Below, piece after piece: positions 39,248 to 52,140 of a stretch of 54,489 nt of DNA. Made by a program: the position numbers and the translations under genes. The DNA lies in contig CAUYUJ010000236.1 of the NCBI GenBank assembly GCA_963575745.1, positions 62,001 to 116,489 of the forward strand, written 5' to 3'. The notes beneath the pieces are model-generated. The model searched no databases and was not told the origin of the DNA. It was given only the letters and a program-made list of their open reading frames with translations. The first letter of the stretch is position 1, and each line of letters opens with the position of its first letter. The DNA is from Prorocentrum cordatum. Taxonomy: Eukaryota.

Positions 39248-39294
<47 letters not shown>

Positions 39295-39352
39295 GCTGAC
39301 AGGAGGCCGCTGCAAGCAGGGGGGGGGGGGGTGGGGGGGGGAAGTGATGGGC

Positions 39353-39407
<55 letters not shown>

Positions 39408-39425
39408 AGGGGGGGGGGGGGGGGA
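39235..39425. repeat. (GA)n and long poly-G tracts
   Basis: Directly visible; there is a G run of ~50 nt. Confidence 0.9.
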
Positions 39426-39646
39426 GCTACGACTAATGATGGAGCCAATGGGGGAGCGATGGCCCCCCCCCCCCTGTAGGGAGCCATGCCTCTGACTGTG
39501 CGCCTGCTCTACTGGACCCATCTAGGCCGCGTCAGAAGAATGGGCACGAGGAGGGGGGGGGGGGGGGTAACTTAGAGGGGTGAGGAGGAAGAAGAGGAAG
39601 GGGAGGAGGAGGAGGAGGAGGAGGAGATTGAGCAAGAGGGAAAGGA

Positions 39647-40131
39647 TCAGAGTCCTAGTGCCCTAGCGCTCTCTTGCTTATCCTGCCGCTTCTGGCGCAG
39701 GACATCATCATGCTGCAACTGCTCTCGGATCTGCTTGTGCCCCTCAGCAAAGCGCCTGGCCTGGGCAAAATGTTCTTCGGCGTCCTCACATATGCGTTCA
39801 AATGCTTCCTCAAACTCGCGAGTCCAAGCAGCCCACTTTTTCATAATATTCCTCCCCATCTACCTCGTATGCTTTTGTTTCCATCAGGGTTGAGCTCCAT
39901 GTCGTATCCATTGGGGTGGGGCGCTATGTCGTGATAGTATCCGTCTGGGTTGAGGAATGGTTGCTTCCGATCTGGCTCATCAGAGTCAGGCTGCCCCCGG
40001 GGAGAGTCAGAGGGATGCTGCTGCTCCCGATCTGGATAGACGTCGAGCTTTGCTTCCATGCCAACAACAGCAACTACGGGCAGCACCCACGAAAAAAGGC
40101 ACCACATTGACAATGCTACTGACTGCGGCAC
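39647..40131 (-). pseudogene. Possible decayed coding fragment, unknown product
   Basis: Two overlapping non-repetitive ORFs (..FLNPDGYYHD..ELNPDG..; MKKWAAWTREFEEAFERICEDAEEHF..) with protein-like composition and no recognised motif. Confidence 0.3.
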
Positions 40132-40844
40132 AACGGGCTTCAGGCACGAGAGTCCAACGATCGTTCCAACTTGCTGGGCTTCTTGGGGGTGTTGCTAGCC
40201 CAAATATTTGGAGCCCCCACTTTCACCTGCCTCCAGCTACTTCCCCCTCCCCATTATGTGTTGCCTTTCGTGTTTGTTTGTTTGCCTACTTGAGACCTTG
40301 GGACTTGCCTGCTTGCCAACATGTTGTATAATTTGTACTATAGCATACCGTATTTGATTATGATATAAGAATGTATAATTGATCCGGCATGCCATATTAA
40401 ATACTATATATGTATACGGCGAACTATAGTTTCCTATCTTTCGATTGTGTCTTGTGTCGTTCATCCCCAGAACGCGGCCTGCGGCCGGGGCCCGGGCGCA
40501 AAATCGGGCCCGGCCTGGAAAACAACTTGGCCCACTCGCGGCAGGCCTGAGAAAAGTCCACCCCGCTCGCAACAGGGCCCTGGGGCAGGACATGACGCCG
40601 ACAGCAAGCCCTGGGCTCGGCTGAAGCCTAACCGAAGACAAGACACCCAACTCGGATGATATCAAAACGCCCATCCTCTCCCACAATGGCTGTCCAGGCC
40701 TGATTATCTGGCATCCCCGCAGGCGCAGCAACGGGCTTGAGTGGCGCATCGCCGAGCCCCCTTCCCTTCCCAACAACATTCTGAGATTCTCCCCTGCTTC
40801 CCCTCGCCCTCCCAGAGCTGTCGATCATCGGCCAGGTCGCCTAC

Positions 40845-43800
40845 TCAAGTTGCGTCGTCAGCCGCATCCTCGGCCGCTACGCTTGCTGCCTCGGGCTGGT
40901 CCTCGTCCTCTGGCGACCCCCCTGCACTCCCGACTCCTTCGCGAGCTTGTCCAACTCTTTTCTCAGCTTGGGCGGCGTGGCGGCGCGGGCCAATTTCAGC
41001 TCGCGGCGCAAGTTTGGAACCACCTTGCCGTCTGCTTGCAGGTGGACTGCAAGGGCGCTCCTCATAGCAATCATGTTCCGGGCCGAGTCGCGGAGCTTCG
41101 TCGCATAACCAAGCTCCTTCTCAAAGTCATCGGCGTTCAGGATGCCGCCCACCTTGCTCGTGCATTCCTTCCACTGGCTGATCATCGTCGTCGTCTCCTT
41201 GACCGCCTTCGCCAAGTGCGGCCTCCCCGGAAACTCAACGACCGTCTTGATCTCCTGGTTATCCATGTGTTTGATCGCCACCTTGCAGTCGACAGTGCGT
41301 TCTGGAGCTGCGTTTGACGATTCTGTGGCTTTCGCCACAATGTCATTCAGAGCCTCGATCATCACGGTCTGCTTGGCCTCCGAGTAAGAGTTTGATGACG
41401 TTTAAGACATGGTCGGCCACGTCATTCCAAGTCCATTCCAGTGCACGAGGTGCTCCTCCAGGTGTTTCGAAATAATTTGAGCGCGAAGCCGCCGGGGATT
41501 TGAACTCGGGGAAGTGCTTAAACAAGGCCTCGGTCTTGTCGCTGGCATCCGCCAAGACCTCATCGAGCTTGATCACTGGGAGGATCTGCATTTTGATAGG
41601 CACCTCTTGGCTCACCGTAGCAGGCTCGACCCCAGCTTCAGGGTCCTTGCCGAAAGTGTTGCGGAAGCGCTCGTAGGCTTCATTCAGGCCGATCTCGGTA
41701 TCCAAGCGGCGCATGGCCTTATCCACAGACTCGCCCTCGACTCGCTCCTCGAGGCCCTCCACGTTCTTCAGCGAGCCCGTGGCGCCCAAAGCAAGGCGGC
41801 CAGCATCTGCCTTTGAAATGCCACCGTTGTTCAAGCTGGACACGTCTGTCACGCCGTTGGTGCGCAGGTGGCTCTCCAGGCAGCTCATCAAGGTGCCCTC
41901 GAGAGATTTCAAGGTGCGAATACGGCTGTGGGGCATCTATCTTCTCGTCGACCTCGGCGTCCCCACCACTCTCGCCTTGCCCGCGCACCTGGGTCAGACT
42001 GAGCACGCCCTTGTTGCAGCTAGCCCCAGCACCGTCAGCCCCTATCCTGACCATGACGTCAACGAGCTGGGGCAACTGGGCGGCGGTGAGCTTGGAGCAG
42101 GCAGAAGTGACAACGGCATTCCTGGAAGATTCCTCTGCAGGGAAGCCGGTCTTGACAATTTTGATTGACTGGGGCAACTTCAGCAGCTTCGTCAGCCGCA
42201 ACACCCCCCTAAATGATGAGATCAGCACAGCGTGATGATCCCAAATATATCACCGCATCGTTCACCAGGGAAGCCTGATCGCAGAGCTTCTGGGCTGCCT
42301 CGCATACCCACTCGACGCTCTTCTGCAAGAGATTGTTCAGGTCGTCGCCACCCGCGCCCATCGCCTTACTGGAACCAGACTCTCAACCGTCGCCCCCCAC
42401 CCCCCCCCGCAGGTCGTTCGAGTCGAATCGGCAACGGAATCCAAGCGAATCGGTCGAGTCGAAGATCGAATATCCGAATAAAACGAAACTTGCCGGAACG
42501 AGCCCCCAAGGGACCCCCAGGGTTAACTTGCAAGCGAGGTTTCGAACGAGACGACATCATGACAAGACGGAGGCTTGAGGTTGAGAATCCACCAGAAGTA
42601 CCTGGGCCAGAATGCCCCCTGCCAGCTTGTCGAACACCATCGCCATGACGGTCTCGAACTGCATGCTCCCCAGGTCGACTTGCAGATCCGCGTTGTTGCG
42701 CATGGTGGTGAACGTAGAGGTCAGCGCCTTCATCTTGCTGAAAGCACTGAGAATTTCGTCCTGGCTGGCTGCGGGCTGCATCTGCTCGAACCCCTCCAAC
42801 GATTTCATGAACTCTTTCTGCGATTGCTGCTTGCCCTCGAGATCCCCGGCTGTCTTGAGGTTGGTGGTTAAGGACCTCAGCGCTGACTCGGATGCCTCGA
42901 CCTTTTTCCTTCTGACCAAGCTGAGATAGGCAGGCTGCTCCTTCTTCTGGGCCAGGCGGTGGACGGCGCCCACCACCGCGCTGGGCGCCGTCTCCGGGGA
43001 CAAGGTGAAGCCTAGTTTGATGGCCACCATATCGTCGATGAGCGTCTTCGGCAACTTACTCGTCGGCGACGCGTCAGCGACCGCATCAAGGATGTCCTTG
43101 AACACGTTTGTAGCCGCATCCGCATTGATGTTCTTGCGAGACGTGCCGACCTTGTCCAAGTTGCCCCCCGAGATCTTCGGGGCGATGAAGCAGCCCCACC
43201 CCGAAGGCAATATCATGAGACTCAGCCCACAACCCGGGGCCCAGGCGCCCCCAAAGCCGGGACTTGGGACCCAGCCCACCACTCCCGCTCTTGCCTCAAG
43301 GTCCACCTGCTACCCTAGCAGCCCCACCCCCCAGCTAAGGCAGTTGAACAACCCTCTTGAAATCATAAAAACATAAAAACACACAAATGCTCTGGAGGGC
43401 ATTCGACGTGCTCGGCATGCTAGCGAGGTCGCTTGGCAACGTCTTTCTCCCAGCTGCCTTCAGCCACTTTGTCGCGGCCTGCTGATGAACCCTGACCTCC
43501 TTGAGGTGTTGGCTGAGCTGCCTCGGGGCGAACTGCGACCACTTGGACTCTGTGAGCTCCTCAACAGCTGATTCCAGCTTCTTCTTCTTCAGGTCTGGGG
43601 CATGGGCCTTCCCGTCAGCGTCGAGTTCGAGTTCGTCAGGCTTCTGCGCCCTGGTCAGCTGCGAGCCCTTCCTGGCCCCCTTCCTGCCTGATCCTCCTGA
43701 GGCGGAGGCGCCCGAGGTGCCCCCAAAAGTGCCAGTGAAGCCAGTCACGCAGCCGGTCCTTGATCTCTTCGCGCTCCGATCCCTCACAGGAGTGGCAATG

Positions 43801-44430
43801 CCAGCTTTGCCCCTCTTGTATTTCTCCTGGGCAGCAGCGTCCTCAGGCTCGTCGTCAGAGTTTTCCGAGTCGTTCGTCTTGCTGGAGCTGTCGGTGTCGC
43901 CATCGCCGTCGGAGTCCTTCTCGGCGTTGTCGGAGTCGCTGGGGGGGCTCCTCGGGCGCGGTGATCTTGTTAGCCTGGCGCTCGAGCTCAGCTAGACGCT
44001 TGTTCTCGAGCAACTGCCCGGCAGACATCGCCTCGAACGATGCGTGGCCTGAGTTCGCCGCCGACACCTTCGACATGAAAGGGCCCTGACAAACGCAAAG
44101 CTGCCGCCCAAGTCCCCTCTCCCCCCTGCCCAGGGGAGAAGGCGGAGGCCCCGCCCCCTCCCCTGGACGCCCGGGCTTTCAGGGCGAAGCTTAGGCTTGG
44201 GGGGTCGGGCGAGGCTTCGGGTGAGGATTCGGCTTAGTGAGAGGGTGGGGCTTAGGGTGAGGCTTGGGGCCCGAGTAGTGAGCCCACTAAGCCCCTGGAG
44301 GATATCTTTGGGACCCTCGAGCCAAGAGCCTTCCCACAACAACCCCGCCACAGAGGCAGCGTTGTCCGGGAGCTCCCCCTCGAAACTAACCTGGACCCTG
44401 TCAACCCGACCTGGTAATAGGTGAATCCAA
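40845..44430 (-). pseudogene. Large multi-exon gene of unknown function with several frameshifts
   Basis: Consecutive protein-like blocks: FEGELPD..KDILQ, GPFMSKVSAAN..acidic SDSDNAEKD..KKKKLESAVEEL, LSLMILPSGWG..QVLLVDSQ, AVLISSFRG..KTEALFKHFPEF, and MIEALNDIV..AADDAT* (stop 40847-40845). Intervening non-coding gaps at ~44290-44090, ~43385-43230 and ~42570-42235. Confidence 0.7.
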
Positions 44431-44544
44431 AACGGCTACGGAGTAGGGTTGTGCATTCGGGGGCTATTCTGAGACTCTACTTGTCGTTGCATCCGTGGGC
44501 TCTTTATCAACGCGCTTCTCTATGCCTCATTTATTATTAGTTAT

Positions 44545-44900
44545 GTTTCTTCTGGAATTGGGTGTGGCGATGAGTGGCATGTTACAAGTCTGTTCGCACT
44601 GCGCCCGTTCCCACCCCTACGGGGCAACCTGCGGTGCAACTCATGGCGCGCGGCTATCCCATGGCATGGCAACCGACAGCCTATGACGCAACATAGAACG
44701 CAACCAATCCAATTGTGGCGACGTTTCGTCACGTTCGCGCCTGTGCCCACCCCTATCGCGCAACCTATGGCACAACCTCTGGCTAGTTTGCACTCTATCG
44801 GACGGGCGTGGCGAGGTTTAGCCCCGCGCCAGCCCGTGCCCGCCCCTATGGCACAGCGTTTGGCTATGGCGCAACCTACGGCGCAACCAATGCGACGGGC
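44545..44900 (+). repeat. GCGCAACCTATG-family repeat; inverted partner at 51805-52140
   Basis: 44714-44756 matches the reverse complement of 52077-52119 at 37/43. Confidence 0.8.
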
Positions 44901-47391
44901 GCGTGGAGCGGCCCAACCCCTACAGAGTCCATCAGCGATTTCCACAGAGGCCAGACAAAACATCGAAATTCGTCACCATTGCCTTCCAGGCCTCGATATT
45001 CGACACTCGATGGAAGAAACAGCACGCGCGGGGCACAGCTTCCCCGCTGGGAGGGGCGGTCGGGCACGAGTGCAAGGCGGCCAACGGACCGCGAGATAGG
45101 CAGGCGCCAGAGACCGACTCCACCCCCAAGTCCACCCCAGAGGCATTACGGGCAGCCCGGCTACGCAGGGTGGCAAGAGGAGGAGGAGGGCGAAGAAGAT
45201 GAGGAAGAGTTGGCGGAGGATGGGGGAGGAGGAGGAGGAGGGGGAGGAGGAGGAGGAGGAGGAGAACGAGTAGGAGGAAGAGCAGGAGGAGGAGAAGGAG
45301 GAGGAGGAGGAGGAAGAGGAGGACGACGACAACGACGACGACGAGCCCATTGAATCTGCAACGCTTGGAGACCCCTGCAATTCAGGGCAGTGTTACGCAG
45401 GAGCGCAAAGGAGGGTGGCGAGGGAGAGGAGAAGGAGGACAATGAGAGAAGCAAAATGTCAGTCTCAGCGCGCCCCCCAAACGGCGGGTGGCCGAGTTGC
45501 GCCATTCCAGACGAGGCGCACTCCAAGTGGTACTATAGGTTGCGCCACCCGCAGAGGCACGCGAGAAAGGGAAAAAGGTTGAAGGGAGGAGGTGATGGGG
45601 ATGGACAGGCACGGGGAGTGGCCCGAGTCGCATGTTTCGCTTCCGCGCGAGAAAAGAACGCCAGGACGAAGGCTCAATATTCCCCTCGAGCGAAGGCCTG
45701 CAATGCCGAACGGACTGGCGCGACTCCGGCGCGCTGCAAAACAGTGTCACACTGGGCTGGAATGAGGGAGAGGGAGATTCAGCAAGCAAAGTGATGAGGT
45801 TGGGCGAGGAAGGGAGGGCGTGGACGAGGAGGGAGGTGGAGGAGGGATGAAACAAGGAAAGAGTGGGAGGAGGGACTGACGAGTCAAGTCTAGGCTGTCG
45901 AAAACGAAAAACAAAGTGGGGGAGGAAGAGAAGGAGGAGGAAGGGATCGAGAGGAGCTGCAGGGGGTCCAGTAGCAGGGCGAAGCGCTGCATGCAAAAGC
46001 CCGCGGCCTCTGCGCGATCATCTCAGGATGGTTTCTATGGCGCAGGGTCTGGGCGCGCCCTGTAGTCCACGCCGCCCGCGAAGTCCACACCCGCAAAGAT
46101 CGCCCCGATCAAGGAAACCACGCACGGCAGCGCCATCATGTTGCCTGTGAGCTCGCGCCAGTCCGAGTTCGCAGGCACCTGGTCGAGCTCCAAGGTGTTG
46201 CGCGGCGTGCCCGTCGCCTGGAAGATCTCCCCCGCGACGAGAAAGCGGCGCAGGCCCATGTGGAAAACCTCGGACGAATTAGTTGGCGCGTCCATCTTGC
46301 CATCGGTGCGCCAATTGTTCCGATGCAAAGACTGGCTCACATCGACCACCGCATCTGGCATCAGGCGGCCGAACTTCACCAGCTGCTCGAGGTCCAGCAT
46401 CTTCAGCTTCCTCGCGCCCAAGGTGTCGAAGACCTTCCTGTCGCTCTTCTGCAGCTTCTTGGAGCGCGCCTGCCCCTGTGCACGCAGCCTTGCTGGGAGG
46501 CCGTTCTCAGCTCTGAAGTTGTCGAAGTCCTTCTCCGCCCTGGCATTCATCGCGCCAGCTTTGTTCGTGCGGCGGGCTCCCCGGCCCATCTTCACATGCT
46601 CCTTGACCTCCCGATTTGATGAAAGGAGGATGTCCTTGATGGTGATCAGGCGGAACTTGGTGACCTTCCTCAGGTGTGGCCTCGATCTCGCTGAGTTCTG
46701 CGACCCCTCCCACGTCGGCCCGAATGCCCGCGACATACAACCTCTTTCTCGTATGAGGTAGCCGCCACCCGTCTGCTCGAAGCCTGAAGATCTTCCAGCT
46801 GTAATGTGGAATCAACTCCAACCCAACTGGAGTCTCGATGTCTTTCTCATTGACGGCGACTCCTGTCATCATATCTCTAGCGGAGTGCAGCTCGAAGATG
46901 ACTTTCTCCGCCGCTTGCCATCGGAGGCGCGGCAGTGTTTGACCTGAGCCTCCAAAACACAGACATTCTCGATGATGACGATGTTCGGCCGCTGTTGTCC
47001 TTGCAAGTAGTCGCGTAGCTTGAACTACTTACTGCGTGGAGCTCCCCATATGTGCATCTCATGTTTTATGTCATGCCGTGGTGAGCGTCTGTTCATGAGC
47101 GGTCGACTACAATAGCGCGTCCACGTGGGCGACAGGGCCGACGAAGACGAGTGACCCCTAATGCGAGTGATTGTGTATGAGTCAGAGTGAGCTTTGAGTA
47201 TGGTTGAATGCGAGTCTCTTCCTCTTCATCCCCCCTCCTCAGCTGCCAGGCCTTCCCCTTTTCAGCCCGTGCTAGCTTTGGAGCTTCCACCATGTGCATA
47301 TGTTGTAGGATAGTTGGCAGTGGGATCTGTAAGACGAGCGTTTAGCCACACAAGGCCATAAGTGCATGTCATGTTGGAGGATAGTGTCACG

Positions 47392-48431
47392 AGAAACAAG
47401 CAAACCGCCTGAGACATCCCCACAAAATGGCCGCGAACGAGCCCGTGCAACCACCCCTGGCGGCTCCCCTTAGGGGTGCTGAAACCAGCGCCCCGCCTGA
47501 GACATCCTCGCAATCTGCTCTCCAAGCGAAGGATGTTGAGCCCGGAAACAAGCAAACCGCCGGAGACATCCCCGCAAAATGGCCGCGAACGAGCCCGTGC
47601 AACCACCCCTGGCGGCTCCCCTTAGGGGTGCTGAAACCAGCGCCCCGCCTGAGACATCCTCACAATCTGCTCTCCAAGCGAAGGATGTTGAGCCCAGAAA
47701 CAAGCAAACCGCCTGAGACATCCCCACAAAATGGCCGCGAACGAGCCCGTGCAACCACCCCTGGCGGCTCCCCTTAGGGGTGCTGAAACCAGCGCCCCGC
47801 CTGAGACATCCTCACAATCTGCTCTCCAAGCGAAGGATGTTGGGCCCAGAAACAAGCAAACCGCCTGAGACATCCCCACAATATGGCCGCGAACGAGCCC
47901 GTGCAACCACCCCTGGCGGCTCCCCTTAGGGGTGCTGAAACCAGCGCCCCGCCTGAGACATCCTCACAATCTGCTCTCCAAGCGAAGGATGTTGGGCCCA
48001 GAAACAAGCAAACCGCCTGAGACATCCCCACAAAATGGCCGCGAACGAGCCCGTGCAACCACCCCTGGCGGCTCCCCTTAGGGGTGCTGAAACCAGCGCC
48101 CCGCCTGAGACATCCTCACAATCTGCTCTCCAAGCGAAGGATGTTGGGCCCAGAAACAAGCAAACCGCCTGAGACATCCCCACAAAATGGCCGCGAACGA
48201 GCCCGTGCAACCACCCCTGGCGGCTCCCCTTAGGGGTGCTGAAACCAGCGCCCCGCCTGAGACATCCTCACAATCTGCTCTCCAAGCGAAGGATGTTGGG
48301 CCCAGAAACAAGCAAACCGCCTGAGACATCCCCACAAAATGGCCGCGAACGAGCCCGTGCAACCACCCCTGGCGGCTCCCCTTAGGGGTGCTGAAACCAG
48401 CGCCCCGCCTGAGACATCCTCACAATCTGCT
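47392..48431. repeat. 152-bp near-identical tandem array, ~6.8 copies
   Basis: Identical ORFs recur every 152 bp (47774, 47926, 48078). The unit contains CCGCCTGAGACATCC(C/T)CACAA twice and the palindrome CCCCTTAGGGG. Confidence 0.97.
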
Positions 48432-48434
48432 GTG

Positions 48435-48798
48435 TGTTGAGTAAGTCTCAGACTATGAGTAAGTCTGAGTATGAGTACGCCTGGGTATGAGTAAGTCTGA
48501 GTATGAGTAAGTCTGAGTATGGATATGTCTGAGTGTGAATAAGTCTGAGTATGAGTACGTCTGGGTATGAGAATGTCTGAGTATGAGTAAGTCTGAGTAT
48601 GAGTAAGTCTGAGTATGAGTAGGTCTGAGTATGAATATGCCTGAGTATGGGTATGTCTGACTATGAGTAGGGCTGAGTATGAGTATGTCTGAGTAAGAGT
48701 AGGTCTGAGTATGAGTAGATCAGAGTATGAGAGTATCTGAGTATGAGTAAGTCTGTGCATGAGCAAGTCTGGGTATGAGCAAGTCTGAGTATGAGTAA
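48435..48798. repeat. 16-bp tandem repeat (GTCTGAGTATGAGTAA)n, ~22 copies
   Basis: Directly visible. Confidence 0.92.
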
Positions 48799-49703
48799 CT
48801 CCGACAGGAGGGGAGGAGGAAAGAGGAGGAGGGAGAGGGAGTAGGAGGCGTCCAAGTAATAACAATAACCCCATCTTAGGATATGGGGAAGAACGGCTGT
48901 GCTTCCTCGTCGAGCATCTTGGCCCGCGGCAGGCGGGCAAAATTTCGCTCGTTGAATTGGCCGAATGTTTTGCAGGGGGATACATAGATTCCAAGGTCGA
49001 TCTCCGGGGCTGTGAGTGAGCAGGAGGTGGAGCGATGCGCCAAACACTCGTTATCTTCAGGATGGAGGAGGGAGTCGGCGTCGGCGTTGATGTGCTCTGG
49101 CCGGGCATGCGCTATGATGAAGGCGCGGCGCAACTTCGACGCGTCTGCGCTTGAGACGCGCCGAATGCGAGAGTCGTGGGCGAGCATCTTCAGGGCGATC
49201 ACAGGCGCGTCTGTGTCCGAGCATCCAGTCTCGATCTTGATATCGCCTTGGTGGTCGGTGCACCACTCACTCCCAGCCATGCCTGGCGCGCCCCACCAGT
49301 CAGTCCCCATCGTCTTCCGCGGGTACTCAGGCCAGTCCGCCCAATGCTCGAGGTCCGACTCGCCGGCGCCATCCTGCTCCTCCGGGTCGCCCCCCTGCAA
49401 CCTCGCGGCGGCACGTGAAACAATGAGGCGGAGGAGACTGGGGAGGAGATGGGCGGGTCGCCCCTCGCGGCGGCAAATGAGAGACGAGGAGGCGGAGGAG
49501 ACTGAAGAGGAGATGACAGGGGGGTCGCCCTGCAGGATAGGCCAACGCAGTGCGCGGCATGGGCAGCAAAGGGCAGGGTCTGGGCACCCAAGACTCCACA
49601 TATGGGTTTTCGTGAAATTGCAGCCTGCTGCCTGTCGAGGGGGCGGGGCGCCGAGAAGGGGGAGACGGGCGCCTGCCCGCCCCCCCCCCCCCCCCCCCCG
49701 CCC

Positions 49704-49912
<209 letters not shown>

Positions 49913-50819
49913 CCAGCCCGCATCTCACGAGAAACTTCAGGCCCAGAAATTTCTCCTAGGACGCGGGGGGTAGGGGGGTTTGGGGGGAGGCTTACGAGGG
50001 TGCCGAGTATTAGGACGGGCTGTTCCAACAGCCTTTAAATTCGCTTGGCATTCTCCGGAAGGGTAGGCCGAAACTGTTGTTGCTGGATTTTGCGCGCGCG
50101 TTGTTTCTAAGCCTTCTTGGACACCGAATGCCCCCCAAGCGGCACTCGAGGGACAGCGCGCAGCCCCGATTAGGTACACATGAGTCGGTCTTGCCTGCGT
50201 TCTCTCACGGGTGGACACAATGGGCCTCGGGGTTGTCTCGCTGTGCCAGTCGGTGGAGGGGTCGCTGCTGGAGCTCTCGTCGCTTTCCGGGTCGTTCTCG
50301 GCGCAGTCCGCGCCACCTGCCCCCCCCCCCCCCGCCGCCGCTGCCCACCCCCGTCCCAAGTCGCAGACGAGGCCCCCCGATCTGCCAAAGCCAGTTGCCT
50401 AGGACGTTAAAGCACCCCTGAGGTTCCCTCTGAGTCGCGAGATCCACGCGCGCCTCGAGCCCCCTTCCCCCCTCCACCATGGGCCCCGCGGTGCGCTGCC
50501 AGATCTTCGAGGTCAGATAGCGCAGACACCCCTACCCGGGCCGAGGCAGCAGCATCCGCCAGGCCCCCCTGGGGATACAAATGGTACGTACGCGATGCGA
50601 ATCGCACCTCGAAGTCGCCAGATGAGTGTAAGTAAGAGGCAACGCACAGGTACCATAATGTTGGAATGTGATGTCTTGTAAAATGCCAACATGAGCACGT
50701 TGCGTGCCCACATAGCGTCCGCAAGACAGACGGCCTCTGTGTCAACATTGCGCCCGGGGGGGGGGGGGGGGGCAGTTTGGGGGGCAAAACCACATGCGTG
50801 CACGCAGCGCGCACTGTCC

Positions 50820-51483
50820 ACGCGCGCCCGCGTGTCCGCGCCTGGCCTAAACAAGGGTAATACGAAGAGATGTGCACAGTAAAGGCATTGCCCGCATGTG
50901 TCCGCGTGTCCGCGCCTAGCTTAAACCCCTGCTAAAAAAACACCATGTGTACATTGCACATAGTGTCCCCGTATGTCCGCGTGTCCGCCGCCTGTCTGCG
51001 AATGGCGCACAAAAGCGCCCATGTGTACATTACACACAGTGTCCGCATGTGTCCGCAATGTCCGCGAAGCTTGAAACAGCCCCGAAACCTTACCTTGTGC
51101 ACGGAAACGAGTGCGTCCACAAGGGTCCGCGTGTCCACACCGACGCGAATTGGAGCGAAAGCGAGGGGTGTGTGTACATTATGTGAACCGAAAACGCTGC
51201 AACATAGGATGCACGGTATATGTAACCATATTAAGATAGACTGATGCTAATGAGTTATAATTATATATAGTGCCTTAGATATATGCATAGAAGGCGCACG
51301 TACATACAATACAAAATGCCACATGATGGGAACATGCAACATGTGTATCACATGTGTGCGTATGGTTTGTAATATGTGTGCGATCATGGAAGCGTATCGT
51401 GCATGCGCATATGTGGATGGGTGGGGCATAGCGCATACACATAACATGCACGAGCATCGCATACAAACACAGACACACATATG

Positions 51484-51521
<38 letters not shown>

Positions 51522-51660
51522 AAATATGTATGTGTGTATAGATTTGCGTACGTAGAGTATGTGCATACATGTATGTATGCATATATTGATGCATGAATAT
51601 ATGTATGGATTTCAACTGCCGGTGTCGAGTGTGTGTGGTGGTATGTGTACAGTAGTATAT
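50820..51660. repeat. Scattered GTGTCCGC motifs followed by degenerate (AT)n/(ATGY)n tract
   Basis: About 8 TGTCCGC copies at 50830-51135, and TA-rich repeats at 51250-51660. Confidence 0.7.
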
Positions 51661-51804
51661 TCGGCACACGGTTGCAAATGCGTGTTGCATGAGCATGTGT
51701 GATTTTGATCTAGCGTTGCATGCACCGATGCGCGTGCCAGCGTGAACGCCAAACAGTGAGCTACACACTCTACATGCGTCACATGCGGATGCGATGCGCA
51801 GTCA

Positions 51805-52140
51805 AAGTTGTGTCATAGGTTGTGCCAACAGTTGCGCCGCTGGTTGCGCTATAACTTACCACAAGTTTCGCCGCGGGGGCGGCGCGGACCAAAACCTCGC
51901 CACATCTGTCCAACTTGTTGCGCCATAGGTTGCGCCATGTTGCGCAATAGCCACGGGTCAGAGGTTGCGCCGCATGTTGAACCGTGGAGGCGGTTGCGGG
52001 CGCGGTCGCGGCGAGACCTTGCCACGCCTGTCAAATTGGATGCGCCATCGATTGCGTCGCAGCCGCAGGCTGCACCATGGGGGCGGGCGCAGGCGCGAAC
52101 GTGTCGAAGCCTCGCCACATCCACCCGATTCCTTGGAAAC
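51805..52140 (-). repeat. Inverted partner of the 44545-44900 repeat
   Basis: CATAGGTTG(T/C)GCC units. The outer end reverse-complements to GTTTCCAAGGAATCGGGTGGATGTGGCGA, similar to GTTTCTTCTGGAATTGGGTGTGGCGA at 44545. Confidence 0.8.

Larger units (their letters stand above)
46035..49530 (-). pseudogene. C5 cytosine DNA methyltransferase (DNMT5-like motif I), split and frameshifted
   Basis: Motifs in order: I IETGCSDTDAPVIAL (~49240-49190), II/III VSSAD..AFI..PEHINAD, IV DLGIYVSPCKTF (PC at 48977-48972), VI PNIVIIENV (ENV 46970-46962), VIII LPHTRKRLYVAGIR, IX RFLVAGEIFQATGTP, X LTGNMMALPCV. The 5' limit is uncertain. Confidence 0.85.

Noticed and set aside
47392..48431. 152-bp array as a CRISPR array
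   Set aside because: The whole units are near-identical, with no unique spacers. There are no cas genes and the context is eukaryotic.
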